Positions 8,160-18,164 of a DNA stretch of 64,000 bases are shown piece after piece (positions within the stretch are counted from its first letter, which is position 1; every line of letters starts with the position of its first letter). The stretch comes from Verrucomicrobiota bacterium (GTDB lineage: Bacteria; Verrucomicrobiota; Verrucomicrobiia; Limisphaerales; UBA11358). The position numbers and the translations under genes were made by a program. Below the pieces are notes generated by a model that did no database searches, had not been told where the DNA came from, and worked only from the letters and a program-made list of their open reading frames with translations. The stretch covers positions 83-64,082 of the forward strand of contig JAJPJM010000154.1 in the NCBI GenBank assembly GCA_021324235.1. Reading direction: 5' to 3'.

Positions 8160-8834
8160 TTGGCAGTTGCCGGTTTTTTTGATGCAGAACCATTCAGTAA
8201 AGTCACAACCGACGAGGGTTTCTTGAGCCGCCCTTTTGCCCCACGCACTTTCTCTTCCGCCTCGTTCGTCCGGGTCAACGGCAAAATCCGCGCTCGTGAA
8301 GTCCGGGTCATTGACGCCCATGACAAGAACATCGGCGTCATTTCGCTCAACGACGCGCTGGCGCTGGCACGGCAACACGGCGTGGACCTGGTGGAAATTT
8401 CCCCCAACGCGACCCCGCCGGTGTGCCGGGTCGTGGACTTCGGCAAGTTCCGCTACGAGCAGGCCAAAAAGGAAAAGGAATCAAAAAAACACCAGCACGC
8501 GTCGACGGTAAAGGAAATCCAGCTCAGCCCGCGCATTGATCCGCACGACCTGGGCATCAAAGTCATCCACGCGGTTGATTTCCTGTGCGAGGACATGAAG
8601 GTGAAAATCGCGTTGAAATTCCGCGGACGCGAAATGGCGCACACCGAATTTGGATTCCAGGTGATCCGCAAATTTCTTGCCGAACTGGCACCCTATGGCC
8701 ATCCCGACTTCGAACCCAAACTCATCGGTCGCGGCATCAACGTGATGGTCAGCCCGCTGCCGCGGAACAAGCGCGCCAAAAATCCCCGGGCGGGAGCCGC
8801 GGGCCACGCATCCCCACCGGTGAACGGTGAATAA
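8160..8834 (+). CDS. infC: Translation initiation factor IF-3
   Basis: VNGKIRAREVRVIDAHDKNIGVISLNDALALARQHGVDLVEISPNATPPVCRVVDFGKFRYEQ...VKEIQLSPRIDPHDL...LKFRGREMAH. The start is uncertain: TTG 8160 (track), in-frame ATT 8157, or TTG 8223 preceded by GAGGG. Confidence 0.85.
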   Translation: MAVAGFFDAEPFSKVTTDEGFLSRPFAPRTFSSASFVRVNGKIRAREVRVIDAHDKNIGVISLNDALALARQHGVDLVEISPNATPPVCRVVDFGKFRYEQAKKEKESKKHQHASTVKEIQLSPRIDPHDLGIKVIHAVDFLCEDMKVKIALKFRGREMAHTEFGFQVIRKFLAELAPYGHPDFEPKLIGRGINVMVSPLPRNKRAKNPRAGAAGHASPPVNGE

Positions 8835-8879
8835 TCATGCTACAGGGCGCCGACCTCGGCGGGCCAAAAACCGGAGGTC

Positions 8880-10352
8880 TTACCAGCAATCCGCTCGCAA
8901 AGATGGAGGCTGAGTAATCGTTTGCGTCCGCCAGGCCGACGCCAATTCGGGGAAACGGCAATGGTCGCACAGGGCGTTGGAATGCCCGCAGAAATCATGC
9001 GCGATTTGCATCAACCCCTGTTGCACCGCGGCACCGGGGCACAAATGACTTCGCCCGGACCCCAGTAAACGCTGACGCGCCAGCCGCAGAACCGAATTTT
9101 CCTGGGCGGGCGGCCACGTAAAATAACGCCGTTCGATGACGCGTTGGAGCTTCCGGTTTTTGCCCGCCACCGCCCGCGTCCACAGCCATGGTAAAACCGC
9201 GTTGACGGCCAGGTCCGTCACTCGCGCATCGCCCAGCAATGGCAGGGGTTTCGGCAAGCGGGCCGAACGAAGCGTCCAGTGCCAGGACCAAAATTCGTCG
9301 TGCCTCACGTCCAGAATTCGGCGCAACGAATCCAGCAATCGGGCGTCCGGCAGTTCCGTGGCACACCAGTGTTCCAGCTGTTGGACGGTGTCGCCGGCCG
9401 CCAGCCAGTGCGCCGCGAGTGCCAGCCGGCGTTGAGGATGGTTCGCGGGGCGCAGGCCGCGGAATTTCCACGCCGTTCGCGGCAGGGTACAATCATTGAA
9501 TTCGTCGCGCTCACGCCACCAGCGATCCCAAATTTGCCGCAAATAGCCATCCCCCGCGGGCTGTGCCCGGGACAATTCCAGCGGCAACAAACCGCTTACT
9601 CCCAGCAACCGCGTCTGCCAGTCAAACACCGAATCCACGCCGCCGGCCCAACGCGGATGCGATTCCGCCAGATTTTGCATCGGCCACGCGTTCTGTTTGT
9701 AGCCCAGCGCCCGAAATAATCCCTCCCACAGGGACCGTTCCCAACCCACGTGCCGGGCGCGGGTGCGAAAGTGGGCGGTTTTGGATTGAAAGCGCACGCT
9801 CGCAGCCTCACGCAGCAGGCCGGTCAACCGGGTATCGTCCAGATCTCTCAAGGCCACGCAGCACCGGCCACGCAGGTCCCGGGGAAACGAACATGGCGAT
9901 TCGCTTTCGAACCACATGGCGAGTTCGCTTAATGGGGCATCCAGTACGCGGCTCAGGGATAACAGCGGCAGCGTATCCGCCACCGGCCGCGCGTCGTCCC
10001 AAACAACGTGGAGCAGGACATTCCGAAAATTCGGGTTTCGGTCGTGCCCGTGCGCGTGCCAACCCGAAACGCGCAAGTCGATTTCCACGTCACCGGAACG
10101 CGGCGGGTCATCGCCAATTTGAATCACCGCGTCATAAAAATCCGGTCCCCCTTCGGTACTGGCAAAGCCGGGGTGAAAAATCCGGACGTTCTTCCCATCC
10201 GCCGTCCTCAGTTGATCACGCTTCAGGCGTTGATGCAGCCAGACGGCCTGAAGCAGGCGTTCGGCCGGCAGGTCATTTTCGTCACGCAAGCGGTTCGTCG
10301 TTCCCAACCGTGCGCGCCAGCAGGCGTAGAAATTCCCGGAAGGCGGAGACAT
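8880..10352 (-). CDS. DUF2851 family protein
   Basis: Track ORF 8880..10418. LLQAVWLHQRL...VRIFHPGFASTEGGPDFYDAVIQI...GDVEIDLRVSGWHAHGHDRNPNFRNVLLHVVW is typical of DUF2851. ATG at 10352 (MSPPSGNFY) is the likely start. Confidence 0.7.
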   Translation of the reverse strand: MSPPSGNFYACWRARLGTTNRLRDENDLPAERLLQAVWLHQRLKRDQLRTADGKNVRIFHPGFASTEGGPDFYDAVIQIGDDPPRSGDVEIDLRVSGWHAHGHDRNPNFRNVLLHVVWDDARPVADTLPLLSLSRVLDAPLSELAMWFESESPCSFPRDLRGRCCVALRDLDDTRLTGLLREAASVRFQSKTAHFRTRARHVGWERSLWEGLFRALGYKQNAWPMQNLAESHPRWAGGVDSVFDWQTRLLGVSGLLPLELSRAQPAGDGYLRQIWDRWWRERDEFNDCTLPRTAWKFRGLRPANHPQRRLALAAHWLAAGDTVQQLEHWCATELPDARLLDSLRRILDVRHDEFWSWHWTLRSARLPKPLPLLGDARVTDLAVNAVLPWLWTRAVAGKNRKLQRVIERRYFTWPPAQENSVLRLARQRLLGSGRSHLCPGAAVQQGLMQIAHDFCGHSNALCDHCRFPELASAWRTQTITQPPSLRADCW

Positions 10353-10519
10353 CTTGAAATTGCTTTTGCGCCGGTGGTGGCGCAAAGTCAAGCTGGCTCG
10401 CAAAAATTTTGAACGCATCTAATGGTCAATTTGCCTGTTTATAGAAACAGGCATCGCGGGGGTGGTGAGTTTTTGTTGGCCGAAACCCTGTTTTTCCGGT
10501 TACACTCCACGTCGTTGCG

Positions 10520-11485
10520 ATGAACGAAAATGCCATGATTGAAGTCACGAATTTGTCGAAGCGCTACGCCGGCCGAACCGCCGTGGCGGGCATTTCGTTC
10601 ACAGTCGCCCGGGGGGAGATTGTTGGCCTGCTCGGCCCGAATGGTGCGGGGAAAAGCACGACCATGCGGATTCTGGCGTGTTACCTGCCGGCCACCTCGG
10701 GCACGGTGCACGTCGGGGGGTTTGACGTTTTCCACCAGTCGGTCGAGGTGCGCCGCCGGATCGGCTACATGCCGGAAAACAACCCGCTTTACCTCGAAAT
10801 GCGCGTGCGGGAGTACTTGAAATTCCGGGCGCGGCTGAAAGGACTGGGCTGGCGCCGTTCGCGCGAACGGGTGAACACCGTCATGGAGCAATGCGGATTA
10901 ACGGACGTGAGCCGCCGCATTATTGGACAGCTCTCGAAAGGTTACCGGCAGCGCGTGGGCATGGCCGACGCCCTGGTGCACGATCCGGAACTGATCATCC
11001 TCGATGAGCCGACCATCGGCCTTGACCCGCATCAGATTCGCACGGTCAGGCAGCTCATCAAAGGCCTCGCGCCGCTCCACACCGTCCTCATCTCAACGCA
11101 CATTCTTCCCGAGGCGGAAATGATGTGCAACCGGATGCTGATCATGTACGACGGCAAAATTCTGGCCGCCGACACGCCGGAAAACTTGCAACGGCTCGTG
11201 GCGGGAAAGAATCAAATTATTGTGGAGCTGGCCGCGCCCGCCGCCGCGTTGCGCGATTGCTGGTCGCAATTGCCTGAAATTGAATACTTTGACGTATCCG
11301 CCAGCGAAGGGGAATACCAGCGCTGTGCGCTGACGCCGCGGGATGGACTGGATTTGCGACCGGTGGTTTTCGCCCTGGCGCTGCAAAATGGCTGGGTCTT
11401 GCGCGAGTTGACGCGCAACCGCCATTCGTTGGAAGACATCTACGTCCAGGTCACGCAACCCGGCGAAGAGGAAGAAAACAGCTAA
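10520..11485 (+). CDS. ABC transporter ATP-binding protein (ABC-2/GldA-like)
   Basis: Walker A GPNGAGKST, signature LSKGYRQR, Walker B LIILDEPTIGLD. Confidence 0.9.
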   Translation: MNENAMIEVTNLSKRYAGRTAVAGISFTVARGEIVGLLGPNGAGKSTTMRILACYLPATSGTVHVGGFDVFHQSVEVRRRIGYMPENNPLYLEMRVREYLKFRARLKGLGWRRSRERVNTVMEQCGLTDVSRRIIGQLSKGYRQRVGMADALVHDPELIILDEPTIGLDPHQIRTVRQLIKGLAPLHTVLISTHILPEAEMMCNRMLIMYDGKILAADTPENLQRLVAGKNQIIVELAAPAAALRDCWSQLPEIEYFDVSASEGEYQRCALTPRDGLDLRPVVFALALQNGWVLRELTRNRHSLEDIYVQVTQPGEEEENS

Positions 11486-12237
11486 TGCGAATCTTTCTGA
11501 CGCTCACACGGCGGGAATTGGCGGCATTTTTCGTTTCCGTCTCGGGTTACGTCATCATCGCGGCGGTAACGCTTTTGATCGGATGGAGCTTTGTGGTCGT
11601 GATGACCAACCTGGGCAGCGATCCGTCGCCGATGCCGGTGACGGAAATGTTTTACGGAACTTATTTTTTCTGGCTGATCGTATTGCTGGCCACACCCATC
11701 ATCACGATGCGATTATTTGCCTTGGAAAAATTTTCCGGCACGTTTGAGACCCTGATGACGGCGCCCGTCGGCGATTTGCAGGTGGTCGCGGCGAAATTCA
11801 CCGCGGCGGCCGTTTTTTACCTCATCATGTGGCTGCCGCTGCTGGCCTGCCTCTTTGTGGTGCGTCACTTTACGGACCAGCCGGCAACACTCGATGCGGG
11901 CACGATTGGGGGCATGTATTTGGGGGTGTTTCTGGTCGGCTGCCTGTTTTTGTCGCTGGGCTGCTTTGCCTCGGCGCTCAGCCGGAGCCAAATGGCGGCG
12001 GCGATGATCAGCTTTGTGCTCGGCGTGAGCCTGTTTTCACTCGGATTTCTGGCCCAGGCGATTACCGCGCCCACCCAATGGAAGACGAAACTGCTCTCCT
12101 ATTTCGGGTTGTTCGACCAGATGAACGACTTTGCGCAGGGGGTGGTGGATACGCGCACGGTGATTTTTTACGTCAGCCTCACGTTGTTTTTTCTGTTTTT
12201 GACCCTGCGCGTGGTGGAAAGCCGACGTTGGAAATAA
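11485..12237 (+). CDS. ABC-2 type transporter permease (GldF-like)
   Basis: Six hydrophobic helices. The ATG shares one nt with the upstream stop. It sits between the ATPase and the GldG-like gene. Confidence 0.75.
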   Translation: MRIFLTLTRRELAAFFVSVSGYVIIAAVTLLIGWSFVVVMTNLGSDPSPMPVTEMFYGTYFFWLIVLLATPIITMRLFALEKFSGTFETLMTAPVGDLQVVAAKFTAAAVFYLIMWLPLLACLFVVRHFTDQPATLDAGTIGGMYLGVFLVGCLFLSLGCFASALSRSQMAAAMISFVLGVSLFSLGFLAQAITAPTQWKTKLLSYFGLFDQMNDFAQGVVDTRTVIFYVSLTLFFLFLTLRVVESRRWK

Positions 12238-12238
12238 G

Positions 12239-13714
12239 ATGGCCGCCAATCCCAAACCTCAATTGAGCTTCTCGGCCGGCCGCCGGTGGAAGATCGGATT
12301 CGACGTGGTCGTGCGAACCGCGCTGGTGCTGGCCGTCCTGGTTATGGCCAATTATCTGGGAAGCCTCTTCCCCGAACGGTTTTATCTCAGTTCGCAGACG
12401 CGTATTAAAATTTCCCCGCGCACGGTGGATGTCCTCCGATCCATGACCAACCACGTCCTGGTGACCTTGTATTATGACACCCAGGATGATTCCGACTTTT
12501 ACCCGACCATCGTCACCCTGTTGGATGAATATCAGGCGGTAAACCCGAATTTCTCGATTCGGACCGTGGATTACGTGCGGGACGCGGGGGAGGCGGAAAA
12601 AATCAAGGCGCAATATCAACTCAATTCGCCGAACGCCAAAAATCTCATCATTTTCGATTGCGACGGGCGGACCAAAATCGCCAACGGCGATGCGCTGACG
12701 CAGTACACGTACGAGCAGGTTCCTAACGAAAAGGAACGGGAATTCCGCCGCAAACCGGTGGCGTTTAATGGCGAGGTGATGTTCACCTCGATGTTACTGG
12801 CCGTCATCAACCCCAAACCATTCAAGGCGTATTTTCTGCAAGGGGACGGTGAACCATCCCTCACGGACAGCGGCGAGACCGGCTACCTGAAATTTGGCGC
12901 GGTCCTGGAGCAAAATTACATCCGGGTGGAACCGCTCGAACTGGTCGGAGACGACCCCGTGCCGGCCGATTGCAATCTGCTGGTCATCGCCGGACCCAGA
13001 ACCCTGTTTTCAAATCCGGAACTGCAAAAAATCGATCAGTACCTGTCGCAGGGCGGACGCTTGTTTTTACTGCTGGATTATTCATCCATCCAACATCCCA
13101 CCGGTCTCGAGGATATCCTCCGGCACTGGGGCGTGCGGGCCGGCCTGGACGTGGTCCAGGATCCCAAGCACACCTACTCGGGACAGGATGTGATTGTTTA
13201 CGATTTCAGCCAGCATCCGATCGCCAATCCGCTCACCCAGCTGGCATTGCAAATGATTTTGCCGCGCCCGGTCGGCCGGATAAACTGGCAAAACCCGCCG
13301 GCGGATGCGCCGAACGTGACGGAACTGGCCTTCTCCGGTCCTGATTCCACCCTCATGAATGAGCGCGGCCCGGCGCCGCGCAGTTATCCGTTGATGGTCG
13401 CCGTCGAACAGAACGAGGTCAAAGGATTGGCGGCGGCGCACGGCAGCTGCCGGATGGTGGTGACGGGTGATTCGTTGTTCCTCGACAACCAACTCATCAA
13501 TGACGGCGCGAACCGCGATTTTATCGGTTACGCGGCCAATTGGTTGCTGGACCGGCCCGCCTTGCTGCAGGGCATCGGCCCGCGTCCCGTGGTCGAATTC
13601 CGGATCATCATGACGCGGCAGCAACAACGGAACGTGCACTGGCTGTTGCTGGGGGCATTGCCCGGCGGTGTGCTGGCCCTGGGCGGACTGGTCTGGTTGC
13701 GGCGGAGAAAATAA
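12239..13714 (+). CDS. GldG-like ABC transporter auxiliary protein
   Basis: N- and C-terminal TM anchors. YLQGDGEP-type segment FLQGDGEPSL...LLVIAGPRTLFSNPELQKIDQYLSQGGRLFLLLD is typical of the GldG/ABC_transp_aux family. Confidence 0.75.
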   Translation: MAANPKPQLSFSAGRRWKIGFDVVVRTALVLAVLVMANYLGSLFPERFYLSSQTRIKISPRTVDVLRSMTNHVLVTLYYDTQDDSDFYPTIVTLLDEYQAVNPNFSIRTVDYVRDAGEAEKIKAQYQLNSPNAKNLIIFDCDGRTKIANGDALTQYTYEQVPNEKEREFRRKPVAFNGEVMFTSMLLAVINPKPFKAYFLQGDGEPSLTDSGETGYLKFGAVLEQNYIRVEPLELVGDDPVPADCNLLVIAGPRTLFSNPELQKIDQYLSQGGRLFLLLDYSSIQHPTGLEDILRHWGVRAGLDVVQDPKHTYSGQDVIVYDFSQHPIANPLTQLALQMILPRPVGRINWQNPPADAPNVTELAFSGPDSTLMNERGPAPRSYPLMVAVEQNEVKGLAAAHGSCRMVVTGDSLFLDNQLINDGANRDFIGYAANWLLDRPALLQGIGPRPVVEFRIIMTRQQQRNVHWLLLGALPGGVLALGGLVWLRRRK

Positions 13715-15498
13715 TGAACTCAAAAAATACCCTGATCTGGCTGGTGGTGGCCGCAGTGTTGTTTCTGGGCATTTCTGTTCTCGAACATTTTTTCCGGCCG
13801 GAACCGGTGAAACCGACGGCCATCCTGACGGATCTGCAAGCTTCCGCGGTCACGAGCGTCCAGGTGATTCCCGCCGACGCCCTCGAAATTCGCGCCGACC
13901 GCACCAATGGCACGTGGCTCCTGACCAAGCCGATCGTGTACCCTGCGCAGCCCGCGGCCATCGAGGCCCTGCTGGCGGCGTTGCAGAAGCTTACCCCCGC
14001 CATCCGCATCAGCGCCGGCGAGCTTCGCGAACAACCCAGCGCCGTGGCCGGTTACGGCTTTGATACCCCACAAGTTTCCCTCGTGCTGGAAGCCGGTGAC
14101 CAGCGCTGGCAGTTGAAGGTGGGCAACAAAACCGCCCCCGGCGATCAGGTTTTCCTCCGCATCGTCGGAACCGACGGGGCGTATGTAACTGACGCCGGCT
14201 GGCTCAAGTATCTTCCCGGCTCGGCCAACGATTGGCGCGCCACGGCGCTGGTGGATTTCGGCGACCGCGCGCCGGACTGGATTGTTCTGACCAACGGCAC
14301 AAAAGTCATCGAACTGCATCGTAACACCACCAATCACCTCTGGCAAATGACCCGTCCGCTGGTGGCGCGCGCCGACAGCAGCCGGATCACCGAGGCGCTC
14401 CAGCGTCTGCAAACCGCGCAGGTTTCACAATTTGTGACCGACAATCCCAAGGCGGACCTGACGGCGTTTGATTTGCAACCCGCCGAACTTGATTTGTGGA
14501 TCGGTCGCGGAACCAATTTCATTACCGCCCTTCACACCGGCAAGGGCGCGACCAATGATTCATCGCTGGTCTATGCCCGGCGCGAGGGTTGGAGTACCGT
14601 CACCACCACCCCCCGGGACCCGCTGTCGCCATGGCTCGGCACCGTGAATGACTTTCGCGATCCGTATTTGCTCGAGCTGTCCGCCCCCGTCGCCGAGATC
14701 GAGGTGCGCGGTACGAACCATTTCACCCTCCAACGGCAGGGCACCAACGACTGGCGCGTGGTCGGGGAAAAATTCCCGGTGGACCCCGAAAGGGTACAGC
14801 AGTTCATCAAACTCCTGGCCGGTCTGCGGGTGGCGGAATTCGTCAAAGACGTGGTCACCACCCCGGATCTGCCGGCCTATGGACTGGCCACGCCCTCGTG
14901 GCAAATCACCCTGTTTTCGGCGGTGGATGACACCAATGCCGTCATCGCGCAACTGCTCTTTGGCGCGGCGCAAACCAATGAGGTTTTTGTGCGGCGCGCC
15001 GACGAGGATTCGGTTTATGCCGTCTCGCTGGAGGATTTCAATCAACTGCCGGAAGCCGGCTGGGAACTGCGGGAGCGGCAGGTCTGGGATTTTTCGGAAG
15101 CGGACGTGGCAAAAATAACCATTCACCAGAACGGCAAGACCCGGCAGATCATTCATAACGGCTTGAACCAATGGTCGCTCGCGCCGGGCTCACAGGGCAT
15201 CATCATCCCGGCGGCCATCGAGGAAACGGCGCATCAGTTTGGCCAGCTTGCCGCCGCCGCCTGGCTGGCCCGCAACCCGGCCGAACCCCAAAAATTCGGC
15301 CTGAAACCGGGGAACCTTTCCATCACCTTCGAGCTTAAAAACGGCGAGAAACACACCGTGGATTTTGGCCTGTCCGGCACACAAACCGCGCTGGCCGCCT
15401 TGACGTTGGACGGCAGCGAGCAGTGGGTCTTTGTGTTTCCACCGGCGCTTTATCAGTTCGTCTTGAGTTATCTCTCCATTCCGGAGAACGTTCCCTGA
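13714..15498 (+). CDS. DUF4340 domain protein
   Basis: Track ORF 13540..15498. ATG at 13714 (MNSKNTLIWLVVAAVLFLG) overlaps the GldG stop (ATAATG). Repeated beta-rich modules (WLLTKPIVYPA..., WQMTRPL..., WRVVGEKFPVD...) are as in DUF4340. Confidence 0.7.
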   Translation: MNSKNTLIWLVVAAVLFLGISVLEHFFRPEPVKPTAILTDLQASAVTSVQVIPADALEIRADRTNGTWLLTKPIVYPAQPAAIEALLAALQKLTPAIRISAGELREQPSAVAGYGFDTPQVSLVLEAGDQRWQLKVGNKTAPGDQVFLRIVGTDGAYVTDAGWLKYLPGSANDWRATALVDFGDRAPDWIVLTNGTKVIELHRNTTNHLWQMTRPLVARADSSRITEALQRLQTAQVSQFVTDNPKADLTAFDLQPAELDLWIGRGTNFITALHTGKGATNDSSLVYARREGWSTVTTTPRDPLSPWLGTVNDFRDPYLLELSAPVAEIEVRGTNHFTLQRQGTNDWRVVGEKFPVDPERVQQFIKLLAGLRVAEFVKDVVTTPDLPAYGLATPSWQITLFSAVDDTNAVIAQLLFGAAQTNEVFVRRADEDSVYAVSLEDFNQLPEAGWELRERQVWDFSEADVAKITIHQNGKTRQIIHNGLNQWSLAPGSQGIIIPAAIEETAHQFGQLAAAAWLARNPAEPQKFGLKPGNLSITFELKNGEKHTVDFGLSGTQTALAALTLDGSEQWVFVFPPALYQFVLSYLSIPENVP

Positions 15499-15499
15499 T

Positions 15500-18148
15500 A
15501 TGCGCAATCCCACTGGCTTCTGGCGAAGGTGCCGGACGCTGTTCCGCCAGCTGCGCCGCCTGGTCATTTTATTCATGCTCGTCCTGATTTGTGCCGTCGG
15601 CTGGCTCAATCAGGTCGGCGTGCCCGATTTTCTCAAACGCCCGTTGGTGGAAACCCTCCGCACCCGTGGAATCGAATTGGAATTTGCCCGCTTGCGGTTG
15701 AGTCTCCGTCATGGTTTGGTCGCCGACCATGTCAGCCTGGGGCGGGCGCAAGCGGCCAAAGGTGGCACGCTCTCGCTTCAGCAGGTCCAATTACGGCTGG
15801 ACTACCGTGCCCTGCTGCACCGTCAATGGCAAATCAAAGGATTGGTTTTACGCCAGGGCACGTTGGTCTGGCCACTTTCGCCGACCAACGCGCTGACCCT
15901 TGACCACATTCAGACGGACTTGCGGTTTGAAGCCAACGACACCTGGTCGCTGGATAATTTTCAGGCCGGCTTTGAGGGCGCCACTTTTACGCTGTCCGGA
16001 GATATCGTCCACGCCTCGGCCCTGCGCCATTGGCAAATTTTTCAGGGCACCACCAACGCGGCCGCGTGGCAGGTCCACTGGCAAAGAATCGCCGACCGGT
16101 TGCGCGAAATTCATTTTGCGGGCACGCCCCAGCTGAGCCTGGCCGTGACCGGTGATGCGCGTGATCCCCGTTCGTTCAGGATTTATTTGACGGCCGCCGT
16201 TCCCATCGCCGACACCCCCTGGGGCCGGGCCCGAACCATTCAACTGGCTGCCAAGCTGATGGCGTTCAGCGGCGCCCCCACGAATTCCGACCCGTCCTGG
16301 GACTGGTGGACCAATGTACAGCCCTACCGCATCGAATGGACCGCACAACTGGCCGATCTGGAGTCGGAACAATTGAATGCCCAGACCGTCAAATGCGCCG
16401 GATCCTGGCGCGCGCCGAATCTGGCCGTAACCAATTTGTCCGCCGAATTGGGGGGTGGCCGGTTGAATGCCGGCCTGCAATTGAATGTGAATACCCGCCA
16501 GTTCACCTTCACCAATTCGTCCTGCTTCGATCCGCGTGCGATCGCGGCGCTGTTGACGGACAAAACCCGGGATTGGCTGACACAATTTTCCTGGGGACAG
16601 CCGCCGGCCTTGCACGCCGGGGGTTCGCTGATTTTACCGGCGTGGACGAACCGCCAGCCCGACTGGCGCGCCGAGGTGCAACCCACCCTGCGGCTCGCCG
16701 GCGAATTCGCCACGACCAACGGCCTGTTTCGCGGTATCGCCGTGGACGCGGCGCAGGGAGACTTTTCCTACTCCAACCTCGTCTGGCGGTTGCCGCACCT
16801 GACCGTGGCGCGCCCGGAAGGGAAGTTGCTGCTGGCCGATGTTGAGGATGATGCCACAAAAAGTTATCACTGGCAGGTGCAGGGCGTGCTGGCCATGGAC
16901 GCCCTCCGGCCGCTCCTGGCCTCAAACCAGCTCCAACGGATTCCGGAACTTTTCACGTTCACCCGGCCCCTGGCGTTGCAGGCGGACGTATGGGGACGCT
17001 TGTACGACAATGACAGCCTTGGCGCCACGGGGCATCTGGCGCTGACAAACTTCACCATCCGCGGCCAGGCGGTGGGCAGCGTTGAAAGCGCCTTCCGGTA
17101 CACCAACCGGTTTCTTGAGTTTTTTCAGCCGCGCTTGCAAACCGGCGTGCAAACGATGGCGGCCGACGGCATCGCGGTGGATTTCAACTCGTGGCGCATT
17201 TACTTCACCAACGGCGTCAGCACGGCGGATCCGCGCGCGGTGGCGCGCGCCATCGGGCCCAAGGTTGGCGCGATCATGGAACCGTATCATTTCGGCCTGC
17301 CGTGTCCGGCACAGGTGAATGGTTATGCGCCCTTGCGCGGCACGGACGACGCGGATTTGTCGTTTGAAGCGGAAGGGGTGCCGCTCGAATGGCTGAAGGT
17401 CAAAGCCTCTCGCGTCACCGGAAAAATTCACTGGCTGGGTCAAACGTTGATTTTGACGAATCTGGCGGGGGCGTTTTACGGCGGGGACGCGGATGGCTTT
17501 GCCAATTTTGACTTTCGTCCAAAAGCGGGGGCGGATTTCGAATTTATCGCCGACGTCAGAAACGCGAATGTGCATCTGCTCGCGACGGACTTGGCGTCGC
17601 CAACCAACCACCTCGAGGGCGTGTTGAGCGGCCGGTTTGTGATGACAAGCGCCAACTCGGAAGACTGGCACACCTGGAATGGCTATGGTCAGGTCAATCT
17701 GCACGACGGGTTGCTTTGGGATGTCCCCATTTTCGGCATTTTGTCACCGGTGTTGAATACGGTCATGCCCGGTCTGGGCAGCAGTCGCGCGACGGATGCG
17801 GCGGCACAATTCGACATGACCAATGGCGTTATCTTTTCGGACGATCTGGAAATCCGCTCAACGATGATGCGGATGCAATACGCCGGCACAGTGGAGCTGA
17901 AAGGCCGCGTGAACGCCCGTGTCACCGCCCAATTGCTGCGTGATACCTGGGTGGTTGGCCCGCTTCTGAGCACCGCGTTATGGCCGGTCAGCAAACTGTT
18001 TGAATACAAAATCACCGGCACCCTTCAGCAACCGCAGAGCAAGCCGGTTTACATTCCCAAATTTCTACTGACGCCCCTGCACCCGCTCCACAGCCTGGAA
18101 GACATCCTTTCCAGCGGCGCCGGTAATGGCGCGCTGCCATTGAAATAA
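15500..18148 (+). CDS. AsmA-like / TamB-like large envelope protein
   Basis: N-terminal TM anchor (LVILFMLVLICAVGWL) followed by a long beta-rich body. The C-terminus GQVNLHDGLLWDVPIFGIL...FDMTNGVIFSDDLEIRS...MQYAGTVELKGRVNARVTAQLL...YKITGTLQQP resembles the AsmA_2/TamB C-terminal region. Family call is by eye only. Confidence 0.5.
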   Translation: MRNPTGFWRRCRTLFRQLRRLVILFMLVLICAVGWLNQVGVPDFLKRPLVETLRTRGIELEFARLRLSLRHGLVADHVSLGRAQAAKGGTLSLQQVQLRLDYRALLHRQWQIKGLVLRQGTLVWPLSPTNALTLDHIQTDLRFEANDTWSLDNFQAGFEGATFTLSGDIVHASALRHWQIFQGTTNAAAWQVHWQRIADRLREIHFAGTPQLSLAVTGDARDPRSFRIYLTAAVPIADTPWGRARTIQLAAKLMAFSGAPTNSDPSWDWWTNVQPYRIEWTAQLADLESEQLNAQTVKCAGSWRAPNLAVTNLSAELGGGRLNAGLQLNVNTRQFTFTNSSCFDPRAIAALLTDKTRDWLTQFSWGQPPALHAGGSLILPAWTNRQPDWRAEVQPTLRLAGEFATTNGLFRGIAVDAAQGDFSYSNLVWRLPHLTVARPEGKLLLADVEDDATKSYHWQVQGVLAMDALRPLLASNQLQRIPELFTFTRPLALQADVWGRLYDNDSLGATGHLALTNFTIRGQAVGSVESAFRYTNRFLEFFQPRLQTGVQTMAADGIAVDFNSWRIYFTNGVSTADPRAVARAIGPKVGAIMEPYHFGLPCPAQVNGYAPLRGTDDADLSFEAEGVPLEWLKVKASRVTGKIHWLGQTLILTNLAGAFYGGDADGFANFDFRPKAGADFEFIADVRNANVHLLATDLASPTNHLEGVLSGRFVMTSANSEDWHTWNGYGQVNLHDGLLWDVPIFGILSPVLNTVMPGLGSSRATDAAAQFDMTNGVIFSDDLEIRSTMMRMQYAGTVELKGRVNARVTAQLLRDTWVVGPLLSTALWPVSKLFEYKITGTLQQPQSKPVYIPKFLLTPLHPLHSLEDILSSGAGNGALPLK

Positions 18149-18164
18149 AACCACGACGCGCAGG

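Noticed and set aside
10433-10452. Hairpin GCCTGTTT-ATAG-AAACAGGC as a terminator
   Set aside because: It lies between divergently transcribed genes (DUF2851 and the ABC operon), so nothing terminates there, and it has no T-tract. It could be an operator, but there is no supporting evidence.
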